64,000 nt of DNA from Azolla caroliniana (taxonomy: Eukaryota; Plantae; Polypodiophyta): the NCBI GenBank assembly GCA_043228905.1, contig JBHGNT010000020.1, positions 7,626,001 through 7,690,000 on the forward strand, written 5' to 3'. Below, piece by piece: positions 1 to 14,094 of this stretch. A model generated the notes under the pieces. That model was not told the origin of the DNA, did no database searches, and saw only the letters and a list, made by a program, of their open reading frames with translations. The position numbers were made by a program, and so were the translations under genes. Position 1 is the stretch's first letter; the number at the start of each line of letters is the position of its first letter.

Positions 1-1396
1 TTCAAATCCCGGAAACACGAGAAAACTTCGCTTTTCTTCTTGATTAGATAGATCCAAGTGTGCCAGGTGAGATTGTCAATGAAGGAGATGAAATACCGAC
101 TCCCACTGATGCTCATGTTCTGTGTAGGTCCCCACACATTCGAATGGATGAGATCAAGCTGGTTTTGACTTCGATTCTTCTCATTGGGGAACGAAAGCCT
201 ATGCTGCTTCCTGGGCTAGCAAGCTTCACATATTTGGCATTTCCGACCACTGAACTTCGGCTGTCTGGAAACTACTGTTCCGACTGCAACTCCTGAAACT
301 TCTGGAAATTGATGTGGCCGATTCGCATGTGCCACAGGTCGATGTCTGACTCGACCTTCTGCCCTTTCGTGAACATAGTGGTGCCAACATCATTTATTTC
401 GAGGATAAACATCCTCTCGTCTTTGCACCCTTGTGCGATGACTTTGCCCTCCTCTTCGGTGAAACACCCGAGGTGCGTAAACAGCACTTGCATCCCATGG
501 TCGACGATTTGCCCAACCGACACTAGGTTATTTGTGATTGTCGAGACGTGAAGCACGTTCATAAGCTTTCCTTTTTGTCTGACATGACTTAAGGGAACTT
601 CTCCAACATGCACGATCGGGTGAGGAGTGCCATCTCCGCGTGGTTCTCCTCTACTAGGAGCATCGACTGTAAGTCAAAAAACGAGGGTGTATTCTCCCTT
701 GTACAAACCGTCGTCTAGAATGCTTGGAACTTGGACGCCAGGCCCCCGAGACATACCTTCACCATCTCATCTTCCTTGATGGTCACGTTGATAGACGCAA
801 GTGAGTTGCACATGTCTTTGATCCAAGCTGTATAGTCGGTCACCGACATGTCCTTCTGTCGGACATTGATCAACTCTTGTCGTAGTTGCAGCCTTCGGGC
901 CGTGGTGCTTGCGGCGAAGACCTTCTTCAGGTTTCCCCAAGCTTCCTTCGGCGTCTTGGCGTGTCGGATATGGCTCAACAATTGATCACTGACACTAGAC
1001 ACAAAGCAGTACATAACTCTGCTTGCCGCTTGTTCCCAAGTCGGGAAGTCCCTTTGTGCCGCATCAGGTGTCGTATCGTTAGCTCCATCGAACATAACTC
1101 CAGTAACCGTGCTCGAGCAAGTATTGGTGCATCTTGTATGACCACGATGCATAGTTGGATCTGTCGAGCTTCTTCGTCGGGAGCAAGCTAGCCATTCATC
1201 GGTCCATTCTGTCCTTTATGTTCTTACCGGGTGTTTGGGTTTGTCTTCGGAAATCGCTCGTTGGCTGCAGAGGTTCTCAACCCTCGCGCTCTGATACCAT
1301 GTAAAAGAATACGATTGCGGAAGCTAAGACAAAACCGGCTCGTCCGGATAGCTAAAGAATATAGACACATGTTTAATGGAAACCTTACACGGGAAA
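1..1396 (-). mobile_element. Truncated Ty1/copia element (gag, GAG-pre-integrase, start of integrase; PBS; partial 5' LTR)
   Basis: Gag-like ORF 715-1152 and GAG-pre-integrase 'DLWHMRIGHIN' in ORF 272-613. PBS TGGTATCAGAGC (tRNA-iMet) on - at 1288-1299. LTR from 1300 (TGTAAAAGAATACG) matches the LTRs at 46847 and 50340. Internal deletion near 638. Confidence 0.9.
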
Positions 1397-2061
1397 GACA
1401 CGAAGTATATCGAGGTGCACTATCACTTTATCCGAGAGCGTGTTCAGGTTGGAGATGTCAACCTTCAACATATCAACACAAATCTTCAGACAACCGACAT
1501 CTTCACCAAAGCCCTAGGAGCCGACAAGCTTCGACAATTCATGTTAGACCTTGGATTGGCGATCCCTGACTGGCAAGCTTGAGGAGGAGTACAAATGAGA
1601 ATTGGATACCAAACCGGATACCAGCCGACGAGGACATCAACCGAAAGGAACCGGCCCGAGTTGAGCTTGAGGGGGTGTGTTGCGAACCAAGCTCAACCTA
1701 GACTAGTGTGTGAACACACCTTTGAGAATCTATGAGCACTCAACAGTCAAAAGTCACCACTACTCTCTACACATTAACTATGTGTTATAGAATCATATTC
1801 TATGACACATAACTAATGAGTTTCCACATTCCCCATGACTGATGAGTTTCAGTAGTGAATGAAGAGAGAGGGTGACTATATAAAGCACCCTCCTCCTAAT
1901 TTGCAACTGTTGGTTAATCTCCTTTGTAATATAAATCTTCTTGAGTATTCTATTTTCCAATCTACCTTGTGTCTCTCTTCTCTTCTCTCCTCTCCCCTTC
2001 TCTAACACACACACACATCTCTTCCACTGCACAAAATCATATATGATTCTTTACACTAACA
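1397..2061 (+). mobile_element. Copia 3' fragment (RNase H end, PPT, probable 3' LTR)
   Basis: 'TKYIEVHYHFIRERV...DIFTKALG' in ORF 1376-1582; PPT TTGAGGGGG followed by TGTTG at 1678; probable ...CTAACA end at 2061 (end uncertain). Confidence 0.65.
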
Positions 2062-2648
2062 ATAAGCAATGATCCTCCAAACTCTCATTGTATATACGGC
2101 CAAATCTGGATGTTAAGGATTAGTTGGGACTTTGGGTTGGAACAAACTATGGTGGCATCCCTTCCGGGACTAGGACTGGTCCCCTAGTGATAGAGCCAAG
2201 TTAGAAATCAACACACACTTTATCTGAATAATGATCCGAGGGTGTGAATTTCATAAGGCGGATTATCGAAGCTATCTTTGCACCATGTGTTGCCGTGATT
2301 CCCTCACTTTGCCCTATTTAAAGATTTGGTTGCAAATAGGGAGGTGGATGTAACCCAGAGAGAGGCTCTCAATAGGGAGGGAATTTGTGGGGGAAACATG
2401 TATGTACGTACATATATATATATATATATATATACATATATACATATGCAGTTCTCAGAATTGATAAAAGTGGCCATTTTCTTAAAACAAAACCAAGGAA
2501 TTGATTTTAACATTAACTATATTATGTATTATGACATATGTACATATACATTATACATATATAAATAAAAAAAGGAAAACAAAATATATAAATACATAAA
2601 TGAAACTAATAATGTTAATAACAAAACAAAATTTGTGAGCACAGACAA

Positions 2649-2651
<3 letters not shown>

Positions 2652-2692
<41 letters not shown>

Positions 2693-2810
2693 CTAACCAC
2701 GGCTCCCTCGCCAAGAGACAGAGACAGAAACAGAGACAGAGATAACCCTAACTACGGGCGCTCCCTCCCCAAAAGAGAGACAGAGACAGAGAGACAGAGA
2801 TAACCCTAAA
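2652..2810 (+). promoter_or_regulatory. GA-repeat and telo-box-like (TAACCCTAA x3) promoter/5'UTR region of the RBM25-like gene
   Basis: (GA)n at 2652-2687 and TAACCCTAA near 2688, 2743 and 2801. Telo-boxes are common upstream of plant RNA-processing and translation genes. Confidence 0.5.
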
Positions 2811-3254
2811 CCACGGCTCCCTCGCCAAGATCCCTGTCGCAAATACTAAAGAAAGAAAGAACGAAAGAAAGCCCACAGTGTTTCTTCCTCGCCGATCTGT
2901 CCCTTCTCTCGCGGAGGTTCGTGGAATCTAAAGACTTGTCGCAGGTTCTTCGTCCTCGGACTTTGTCGAGTTCAGCGAGGGGCTGGAGAGAATTAAAATG
3001 GTGTATTTGGAAGGTAAAGTGTGTTGATTAGGGTTCCCATCGTCTTGAGCGATTTGTGGGAGGCAAAGTGGCTCGTTTTGTGGTGGTCTCTTTCTTGTTC
3101 TCCGTTGATCAATCTGTGGTATTGTAGGGTTTCTATGCGAAGAACAACATTGGTAGCTGTAACTAAATGGTGTTTTAAGGTTTGAAAGAATTTTTTTTGT
3201 ATTGGATCGATCAATCATTCTTCATTTGCACAAGGAGGAGGAGGGTTTCCAAGC

Positions 3255-6200
3255 ATGTCGTTTGGAGGTGTAGCACTACCTGCACAATCATCATCACCAT
3301 CGCCATCATCAACATCATCATCATCATCATCATTATCATCATCATCATCATCATCATCATCAGGAGTAGTGGTAGGAGGAGGAATGGAGGAGAGGGCACC
3401 TCCTTTTGCCCCGGCCAATCCTCTGTCTACACCTGCCCCACCTGTGCCGCCTCCAAATTTCTCCTCAAATTTCACCTTTCAAGGGGGACCGCCGCCTCCA
3501 CCACCCATTCCTCGACCCTTTGGGGCTGCTCCTTCTTCCAACTTCTCTTTCCCAGGCCCTTCTCCTTCTCCTTCACAAGCTCCTGCTAGATTACCATATA
3601 TATCTCAACCGGCATTTTCTTTTCATCAGAATTCCACCCCTGGCCAAATCCATGGAAGAGCCCCAACTCCCCAGTTGCCTATTTCGGGAGCACAACCAAC
3701 CACTTTGCAAAATGGACCTCAAGTAGTGAATCAAGCATCCTCGCAACCTCCTCTATCTATGGAAGTTTCTTTGGGTAGCGCTACCACGACCACCACTCCA
3801 ACGAGCTCATCACTAGTTCAAGTTTCCTCATCCATTTCCGGACCTTCTTCGAATACCGCTTCACCTGTAGTAGTTTCAGGTGCCGGATCATCCACAGTGA
3901 CTGCAGCAGAGGAGTCTCAACCTCTGGCACAAGGATTTCCTTCTCCTACAGTTTCACACTTGCGTCCATCAACAGCCCCACCAATGCAACCGCTGCCACA
4001 AGGGCAACAAATAGCATTGGTTCCTGGTGTTGCGACATCTGCAGTAGGCGGTGGATTGATATCAGCAAGACCACTGGGTCCTCTTCCAACACCCCAATAT
4101 CGAGCTCCTTTCACTGCCAATCCTGCTGTATCAATGATACCTCCTGGAGGTGGGTTTCTTCATTTCTCTTTTATGTTTATTTGTAGTCTTTAGAATATTA
4201 CAGATGGATGACCCAAGAAAAATATAGAGTGTGAGGGAGAGTCTATGCTGTATGGTAGTTAAAAGAGTAGGGTGTGCAATAGGGTGACAGGATGTTGTCT
4301 CGTATATACAGCAGTGTTTCACATGATACGCCTTAATTTGGTGAGGATGGAAAAAGAGTTGCTGATTCCGATATAGAGGGCATCCAGCATTTTATTATGT
4401 GGTATGGACTGATTTCCTAAATCTAATGAACCGTTTGTCCTTCCCATTGCATCAACATCTATGATCATGTTTAATATCACTTTAGTAGCATGTTTAGCAT
4501 ATGGAAATAGCTGCCTTCACTGCCTTTTTATTTATTTTTAATCATATCCAATGCTGTTCTACCATAGAAATGTGTGGATTGTATCTGTGCTCTAACATTG
4601 ATATGCTAAACTAAATGGTAATCTGTTCTTTAACGTCGATACCACAAAGATGAACGGTAAATCTTTTTAGGATGGGACTCACCATTCTATGTTTGCAGAG
4701 GTAACTTATGTAGTTGATATTCATTTTGACCTTGATAATTTTTTGTGATTCATTGTAGCTTTCTTGTATATTCAAACACCAACATTCACTGAAACTTTAG
4801 AATTCATTATAGCCAGTCAAAAGTAATTTATCACAATCCAAGTAAGCAGTTATATATGTCTTAATTACATAAGGGCATCCTCATTATGGTACCAAGTTCA
4901 TCAATATATGTCTAGAATATTGACGCATGCAATAAATTCATAGATTTTGTATGAAGCTGGCTGATATAATGCTGATGAATTAGCTGCCTAACCATTGTGA
5001 CCATATCTAGTGTCTATTATGTACACAAAATGTCATTGATGATTTTTTGTCAATAGTTTGGCATATCTCTCCATATCCATCAAATTGGAGTTGGAGTTAG
5101 TGCGTAGTGTATGGTATATATTATGTGTTATTAATAATTATGAGTATTCTACAATCCTGAGGAGTTGGGAAAAACACCCTTTGAGTGAGCCTGTTGTATG
5201 CTGCGAGATTTGGAATTTGGTGAGATTTCTGCGCCAGGCAGCTCTTATACTTATAACACTTATCATCAATGGAAAATGCTATCAATGGAGCTGCTGAACT
5301 ATATGGTCTTCTAGGCGGGGTCTGTTAGTGAGATTAATACGGTAGATATTTTCCATTATTGACAAGCGCAAACAGCCTATTAATGATAGTGGCCATCCAG
5401 TGCAATCTCTTTCTTGCAGAGAGTCAAAACTTTCCCAGAGTAAAAAATAGCTTTCTAGCCGTATGATCTAGCCTAGTGTTGGCCTTGACGTTTAATATTT
5501 TTCTGAATTTCAGATTTGAGGGTCAGCATTTCACATCTATTTCTTCCACGCCATCAGAGGACCCATGGCCCCTACTCTCTAGTGTGGGTAAACAACTTTT
5601 AATTGGCATTTTTTGTATGTATTGTGTCTCTCCTCTCTATTTCCTTTCTTGTATGATTATGAGTTTAAATTTATAATGACAAAGAATGAAGAGCTTAACT
5701 TGCTTCTGCCAGTTTGGCATAGCATTGGGCTACAACAGGTTGATTGCTGTTGTATCTACTCAATTCTAGGCCGTGTTTGACTTGTTAGGATCAGTTTTCC
5801 TTTCGCTTGTGCATACGCAACACGTCTTGATACGTTAAGGTGAGCAATATTGTCTTAAGGTTTTCAGTATCAGAGTGTGACCTCCTTGGTGCTCACTTTC
5901 TATGAATGCATTTCAAATGTGGTGGGGAGAAAGGTTTTCATAATGTTTATTTTGTTTTGCAATGATGTTTATTGTTCTTCTATATATTTTAATAGTTTCT
6001 TGATAAAAAATATTTATATGTTCTCCTTATGCAAGATTCTAACTTCATATTGGATTCAGTTCTTGGCTCAGCACCTGCAGGCATGGCTCCTCGGTTCCCT
6101 GGAGCACCGTTTGTACCAATGATTAGGCCACCGACTTTTCCTCCTCGGGTACCAAATCCTCTTGTTCGAGCACCTCTGGGACCGTTGATGCGTCCAGGTG

Positions 6201-9200
6201 CTGTTCTGCGTCCGATCATGCCTGAGAAGCCACAAACCCTTGTATATGTCGGAAAAATTGCCCCTACAGTGGATGATGACTTTCTGAAATTAGTTCTGGA
6301 GGTAGGAATCCTCGAAGTTGTCTGTTGATATGCTATTTTCATTTCAAAGATGTCAGTATTACTTTCTTGGGCAAAATTATTTATCTTTAGGATTAATTGA
6401 TATTCTTATTTATAAGGAAAAATGAATTATTTGTTGTAAAAAATTTATCATTTATTGGGACAAAATAAACCAATGAAACACACACAAAGTACATTCAATT
6501 TTAATTTCTACCAATTAATTAATTTTTAATAATTAAGGAGCCGCAAATTAATGAAGCATAGAAAATCAACTAACTAGTAATTCAGCATTAATTGATGATA
6601 CTTAAAAGATGCCATGGAGGTAAATATTATAAAGTACCCTGGATGCTTTTCTATGTTTAAAACATGTCGGAGCATCCTTTCAAATGTTTAGCACATTAGA
6701 CTTGCGGTTCTGATTTCCCCCTGATGTGTATCTACGAAATTTGACCTTTTCAGCTTTGTGGACCCATCAAAAGCTGGAAGCGGGCGCAGGAACCTACGGT
6801 TGGAAGCTTTGGCTTCTGTGAATTTGAATCAGCAGAGGGAGTTCTTCGAGCTTTGCGGCTACTCAATGGGTTGAGCTTGGAAGGTCGAGAACTTAAGGTT
6901 GTTAAAAGGAGCATTTGGGCAAATGGGTTTGTTGTTTAGGGCAAAACATCAAAGTACCCTTGATTTTTTTGATAGTTATTAAAGTACCTTCAAGTCTTTA
7001 AAATTACCAGAATACCCTTCTGTGGTAAATCTGGTTTTACCACTGGAGAGGGGTTTTCTGATATCTTAAGATTAGGGATTCTGGTAAATAGCCCAAAAAC
7101 TAGGCCTATTGTGGTGTTTATACCGTTTTAACCATGTTTGGTATGCTACGTGTTTTTGGGTTGTGATAATGCAGCTTACGGTCACGCAAGCTGCACGGGA
7201 GTATTTGGATCGGTATGTGCAGAAAAAGAAGGAAAGAGAGCAGCAATTAAAGCAAACTGCAAATAAACAGACCGAGGTTGAGACTGCCCCGGGTGTAGAA
7301 GCCCCAGAACCTGTTAAGCAACCTGTTATAGATGCGCCAATAGAAGAGAAATCTGTTGAAGAGCCAGGCTCGGATGATAAGACATTTGGTATAGTCAGCA
7401 ATGAAGACAAAGAAGCAGATGAGGTGGCACAAAAGAAGCTTACAATCTTACTGGAAGAAAGGTATTTTTCTGCTTTAGGTATACAAATGTGATGATCACA
7501 TTCAAAAGGTTTATGAATAATAAGGGGTAGAAATATTTGAAGAACTTTTGAAAGTTATCGTTTTTCATATGCTAAAACTTCTAGATTGATTGATTCAGGG
7601 CTAAGGAGATGCCCTTACCTCCGCCACCACCATTGCCTAGTGTATCAGATACCGCTGGTAAGAGTGCTTCCATGTCTGATACACCAGCAAAATCTCGAGA
7701 TGGTGATTCTGTTGCAGATGGAGGGAAAACTGGTAATTTAACTTAACTTTTAAAGCGAGTTGTAGGAGTGAGTTTTGGTAAGAAATCCTCTTATATTCTG
7801 AACGATATTCTTAAACGTAAGTGATTCTGTGGCTTTCAGATGAACCAGATGGAACCAATGAGGAGGAGACCAGTGAAAACAAGGGGAACTCTGAACTTGA
7901 TAAGCCAGAAATAAGCTCATCTGATCGAGGAAGACGATCGGATCGGGAGAGGGAGAGGGATAGAGAACGAGATAGAGAGAGAGATAGAGATAGAGGCAGG
8001 GATAAGGAGAGCAGAGATAGGGATAGAGAAAGAGACAAGGAGAGGGAGCGGAAAAGGGAAAAGGACTGGGAAATTGAGCAAATGGAAAGAGAAAGAGAGA
8101 GAAGTCGTGCTCGACGTGAAAGAGATAGAGAGATGAGGCTACGAGATGCTGAGCGCTTGTATGAGGATTATGAAAAGTCATGGGAGGAGAGAGAGAAGGA
8201 AAAAGAGCGCATAAGGAATGTGGATAGAGAGAAAGAGAAGGAACGAGAGAAACAGAGGTGGAAATTGATCAAAGAACAAGAGGAAGAGAGTGATGATGAA
8301 GGATGGAAGAAAAGTAGACGAAGAGATGCATATGGTGAGCGCAAGAGAATACAAAGAGAGAGGGAGGATGATGAGAAGGATAGATTGAAAGAAGAGGAGG
8401 AGATTGTAGAAGCTAAGAGAAGGAAGCTGAAAGAGGATTACGAAGAGCAAGTGAAGAAGAGACTTGCTGAAATGGCTGAGATAGAAGCTGCGGAGGCTGC
8501 CACTGAGGCAGAGGCAATGGACACTGTTGAAGAAAATAACATAGAGCCCAAGGCAATAGAGAATGTGGAAGAAGACAATCAAAATGAAAACTTAAAATCG
8601 AATCATTTTCCTAGTCTTGATGGTATGATTTTTTATATTGGCATTTAGTCGTGTTTCGAAGAAGTGATAGTTGTATGCCTCAATGCTTGATGAAACATCT
8701 GAATTATTCACAGTTGTAATGATCCAATGCTTAGAGCTAGCTGCTGTGTAGTAGCATTATGAAAGAAAAATGCTTGAGTTTCACACACCATAAATTAGAA
8801 TATGGTAGGCAAATTTGGATTAAAAATGCAAAGTTTTTCTCAAGTTTTATTGTTTAATGGTACCAAAAACCTTTAATGAATATAGGATTGACATACTCAG
8901 AAATTTGGTAACCATCGAGAGCATAAAGCTTCAAAATTTACTGATAGCAATATGAAAGAAATATACTAAAGTGTTGTAAGTTTTTAGTCTCGTATACCAT
9001 AAATTTAGGGTGTGAAAGAGCAAACTGGATATATATATGTTAGGATACTGAAATTTGACCAGATGTTCAAATTCTTTAATATTTGGCAAACATCCTAGTA
9101 TAATGAATTTAATAGCTCTAAAAAGTATAAAGCTGTACAAAATGAGAGTGTTTTGAATAGATTAAAAAAATCTACATTAAATCTATTAAAAGAATGTAGA

Positions 9201-10508
9201 GGATATAAAGCTTGCTCTTACACACATCTGTGTTTTCTGGATTTTCTAAGATAGGGAGAAAAATGTGGCTATGGACGGTAATACAGCTACTCATGTAGAG
9301 GCAGGTGCTGTTCCTATGAACATGGATGTAGATGAGAAACCAAACACAGGTTCAGGTACAAAGAAACTAGGGTTTGGTCTAATGGGAGCTGGGAAGAGAG
9401 CTGCAGTTCCCTCTCTTTTCAACAAAGAAGATGAAGAAGATATACCAAAAGATCGTGGATTAAGACAACTGGTACCAATTGAATATACCCCTGAAGAGAT
9501 GCAAGCAGTATCCAAATCCTCCACCACTGCAGGCCTCCCTCCAAATTTAGCAGCAGCTGCCGAATTTGCCAAAAGTTTGTCAACATTGGCAACCACGTCC
9601 TCTAAGGAGGAGCCCGAGTCGGATAGAGATAGAGGAAGAGTTAGGCATGGTGAGAAGGCTAAGGAGAGGAGCCAACGGGAAGAAGATAGAAGCAAGGACA
9701 GAGGAAGAGATGATGATAGAGAGAAAGGGAAGTATCGGCATTTAGAGGGTGGTCGTGAAAAGGAGCAGAGCGGTCCGGCTAAGCTCGATGCTAAACAATT
9801 AATTGACACCATACCGAAGACAAAAGAGGAGCTTTTTGCTTATAAGATAGACTGGAAAATATACGATCAGGTACGTGTTGTCTGCCCCCTTTCTGTCCCT
9901 CTCCCTTCTCTGTAACTTCTGCTCTAATAATGCGCTTTTTCTTTTCATTTGTTTTAACACCAGATTTCTGTGCTAGTTTTTTGCTCATGAATGTTGTTTT
10001 TCTGTTTTTTAAAGCATGGAATTTCCACAGTATTTTTTGTTCTAATTTGCTTTTGTACTTCCTCTTCAATTCAAAAACTTTTTGATATTTTGCCTAAGTT
10101 CATTTTCTTTAAACTCACAAAATTTCCCTTGCTTGCTAAGTTTGCTGATTTCGTTTTTATTTTTAGTTCCCATGATTCTTTTGCTTAAGAATTCATTTTT
10201 CTGATGTTTGTTTTTCTTTCCTTACTAAAAACGGTTATTTGTATATTTATACACAGCATGAACTTCATGAAAGGATGAAACCATGGATCCAAAAGAAGAT
10301 CACTGAATTCCTTGGGGAGGAAGAGAATACATTGGTTGAGTTCATTGTGTCAAACACTAGGAAACATGCCAGTGCTGCCAGTATGCTCGACCTTCTCACA
10401 AAAATCCTAGATGATGAAGCCGAGATGTTTGTAATGAAAATGTGGCGAATGCTAATTTTTGAGATAAAAAAAGTCGAGATAGGATTGCCTCCCAAGACCA
10501 AAGCCTAA
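3255..10508 (+). CDS. RBM25: RBM25-like splicing factor (Pro-rich N-terminus, RRM, RE/RD-rich region, C-terminal PWI domain), about 1118 aa
   Basis: Coding exons 3255-4149, 6060-6301, 6754-6897, 7175-7461, 7599-7732, 7840-8622, 9251-9870, 10257-10508, all GT-AG and phase-consistent (3357 nt). RRM motifs 'VYVGKIAP' and 'SFGFCEFESAEGVLRALRLL'; RE/RD repeats; PWI 'MKPWIQKKITEFLGEEE...FVMKMWRMLIFE'. Confidence 0.93.
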
Positions 10509-12807
10509 GGTCTACTATGCAACATGATAGTTATGGCTGTGTTTGAACAGGAGAAAATGGTCGGTAGTTCCCTGGCATATTGTATTGAAAAAAGAGACTT
10601 TTTTGCTGATGATGAGCTTTTCAGCCTTGTTCTTTAAAATAATTTCCTTTTTGGCATGAAAAAGACAATACTTTGGTTATAGAAGAGGTGCGGTTCTTAA
10701 TTTAATGCAATGTGTTATTATTATTAGGGTTTTCTCATATATTTTACACTTTTTGAATGACAACTAGAATTGTAACAAATTTAAAATTTTGATGCTGTTT
10801 TTTCATGTTTGGTATCAAGTCAATCAAACATGTGATCCAAACATTCATCTATAGCGTCCTCCATGTTGGTATATTAACATGTGTTACCATTTTAGGTAGC
10901 ATGTTGTCTACGTAAATGGATATTGATATAATGTCTCATGTACTGATGGATAGTTAGGGGTATGTCTCATCTACTGATGGAATGGAAAGAAATTGATGAA
11001 TTAAGAAAGTGAAACCAGATTATTTAACTAACCAGAAGTTCATGAGACAAACGAGTTAAACTGTATTTATTCTTCTGTAAATGTGGATTACATACATGGA
11101 AGTCTGTGAGATGATGAATTTTGGTTGCAAAATGCGTTGGCACATGTTGGTCTTACACGGTTATTTCACATCTCTATGGAATAATGGCCTTGTTATTTTT
11201 TACTAGGGATTATCAATGCCTCTTGTAGTGGCATCATTGCACATTTTGATGTGCATGTTTAAAAGTTGTCATGTTTATGTGTGATGTATTAGTAATAGAC
11301 TAACCAAATGCTCTGTCCATACAAAAACCAGATCCACTAGTAGTGAGGTGGTGGTTCTCAAAGTGGAGCAACATTATCCAACACGATGACCGTTGGGAAA
11401 GTGAGCTCAAGCCATTGTTTTCTAAACCATAGGACTTATTGGTCTAGATATTGTAGCCTAAGGTAAATCATAGAAGATGAATGAGGTGTTAAATATAATC
11501 AATAATCAGCACAAGTTGTAAATCTATCCCCATATGTACTCTTAGAGTGCACATATTGTGATAGCGCCCCAAATGAGGAGCGGCTAGTGTGCAACTCGAC
11601 CACATTGGGTCGATAGGGTGTTAATCTAGGAAATTGTAGATGCGTAGGACACAATGGATTTAGGAAAGAGCGAAATAGGTAATAGGATTGGCTAATCAAG
11701 TCAACTAGAATATTTTGTGGGCAAGTTATGATGTACTTATGTCTTGAAGTATGTGCCATTGACTTCAAGATAAGTACTATCTAGCACTAGCATGTATCTA
11801 GGGAGTTGAGTCATATTAAATGACAAGTCAGTTGACAGAAAAGGAATATCTCCACTACTATCAATTGACTTGCACACTTAATGTTATCATAGAATATAAT
11901 CCACTTTCTTAGACAGTGGTTGGATTGATCATCAATCCCCACTAATTTTGTAGTGAGTTGGTCCAGATCCCATCTAAGCTCTAAGGTGTGAGTGCATGGG
12001 TGAACTACCATTGTGAGCTACTCTCATATGTAATAGAAGTTTTGCGTTCATATATCCATCTATGTGGTTGTAACTCTATATACCTCTAATCGATTCTTAA
12101 TATTTCTAACATGAGGGAGATCTACACACCTTCATGTTGGGCAAACATGTGAGCATGATTAAAGAACATTGTATATTTGACATCAACATCTTTTTGAGTG
12201 TGATTGGATTCAAGCTATACCCTTCATTTTATGATTCCCATTCTTGTGTCAACCATTTCCACACTTTCTATCTTCATTCATGTTACGGGCATGACCATAT
12301 AATATCCCGTAAGAATACTACGGTAAATTCTCACCATGGGATATTATATGGTCATGCCCGTAACAATTCACATTCCATAATCTTCAGAAGTCCAAAGTAT
12401 TTCACCTTAATGAAACCTAGGAATGTTGAGCAATGGAATAAAAACTCTTATTGATGTGGTAGATAATCATTTGAAAGTGGGGAGGGGGAATACTATTATT
12501 TGACCGATTGATGTTGGGCAATCGTATTAGAGAGAACAAGCAAGTAAAATGAGGTATATCCAATAAAAAATCACATCTTATGCAATGGGATACTTTGAAT
12601 CACCCCAAAAATCTTGAACTTGGGCTTTAACTTGATTTAACCATGATTTCATAATGATGGAAAGTTTGGACATGAGAAAACGAGGCAAACATGTTGTCAA
12701 GAGTAGGCAAAAATCTTGAATCATTAGAAGGATTGTTTGCTTGGGAGGATGGAGGCCTAACAAGATTAATGAATAATCAAGACCTTTTCAACACAAGACG
12801 CATGATA

Positions 12808-13063
12808 AGGAAAAGGAAACAGTAGATTTGATTTATGTTCGATAAGCTTTGTGTTTCAAAAGATGAAGGTTATGGGTTCAAATCCTACTCATGTTTTTTA
12901 TATAGAACATGTTTGTTATTATACTAGAACTATTTAGCTTAAAACTCTATTTTTATCTTATTTTTATTTTTATTTTTTACTTTCGATGAATGGGTAAATA
13001 TCCCATTTTTTGTTGTAAACCATTTGTCTCATGGGCCAATTTTGGCCTTAGAAGATGTTAATA

Positions 13064-13096
<33 letters not shown>

Positions 13097-13294
13097 CTCT
13101 CTCTCTCGATAGGGAAAAGGAAACAATAGATTTGATTTATGTTTGATAAGCTTTGTATTTCAAAAGATGACGGTTATGGGTTCAAATCTCTCTCTCTTTC
13201 TCTATCTTCTCTTGACAGGGAAAAGGAAACAATAAATTTGATTTATGCTCGATAAGCTTTGTGTTTCAAAAGATGAAGGTTATGGGTTCAAATC
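12808..13294 (+). repeat. Three copies of a ~77-bp unit ending in GGGTTCAAATC, separated by AT-rich or CT-microsatellite sequence
   Basis: GGAAAAGGAAACA(A/G)TA(G/A)ATTTGATTTATG...GGTTATGGGTTCAAATC at about 12808, 13111 and 13217. Confidence 0.8.
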
Positions 13295-13305
13295 AATCAA
13301 TCAAT

Positions 13306-13340
<35 letters not shown>

Positions 13341-13478
13341 TTATCATAATTAGGTTACCTTGTTGGTAGGTTGTTACACTACAAGCCACTATGTCTTGGG
13401 TTTGAAACCCAAATTTACTCACCTATCTATTATATACTCCATACATATCTCTTAATTCACTAGATGCCATTATGGAAC

Positions 13479-13545
13479 GTAGGGGTTGAACCCATGATCA
13501 TCTGGTCTCCATTGGGCAACATTACCAACTTAGCTACATCCATCT
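13479..13545 (-). repeat. tRNA-derived (SINE-head-like) sequence with Pol III A/B boxes
   Basis: Reverse complement reads GATGTAGCTAAGTTGG...CCAATGGAGACCAG...GGGTTCAACCCC; homologous to segments in the LTRs at 30041-30097 and 54139-54200. Confidence 0.6.
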
Positions 13546-13564
13546 GGGCTCTCTCTCTCTCTTT

Positions 13565-14094
13565 GGTGAAAACACGCAATTATATTAATAAATGTGTGTG
13601 AAAAACACTACGTACAATGGGTGTGACAATGGAGTATGGTCACCCACTAACTACGCTACATGGGTAGTAGAACATGTTGAATTGCCAATAGGCAAGACGA
13701 ACACTCCAATGAGGAAATAATTTCCACTTGCTCCAATAAAGAAAATTTCCACATTAGTACTCCCTTCAACTTTCGTAGATATGCTTTCACTCCATGTCTA
13801 CCATCAAATACAAAAGCATTGCACATGTTCTAATTATGACGCAATCCCCAATATCTTAGAAATAGAAAAACGATCTCCATCTCTTATTTTGGGTCAACCT
13901 GTGTAAATTGTGCAAACACCCATTGTCTAGATGTCAAATAATTCCGTGATAAAACTTACCAAATTTGAGAAATGTAACTTCAAATCTGACAAGCAATCGA
14001 ACATTGTATAAATCGATGAGTAGTATCTTCCATTTGAATAGTGCAAATAAAACAATTACATGTTGCTAGTCCATGACGCTTTAGAGCTAATCCC
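13565..14094 (-). mobile_element. Degenerate LINE (L1-like) ORF2 3' end
   Basis: Aligns by eye with 30840-31230 (e.g. CCATGT.TAC.ATCAAA.A..AAAGCATT.CACAT and ATCTCCATCTC); abuts a (CT)n tract. Confidence 0.55.

Noticed and set aside
2688-2810. Telomeric repeat
   Set aside because: Only isolated TAACCCTAA units; better explained as promoter telo-boxes.
3182-3589. Poly-Ile, poly-Met and poly-Asp ORFs
   Set aside because: Alternative frames of the (TCA)n repeat in the RBM25 exon.
11400-12780. Possible Penelope-like RT remnant ('ISIYVVVTLYTS' near 12050-12086)
   Set aside because: A single weak motif with no continuous frame; cannot be supported without a profile search.
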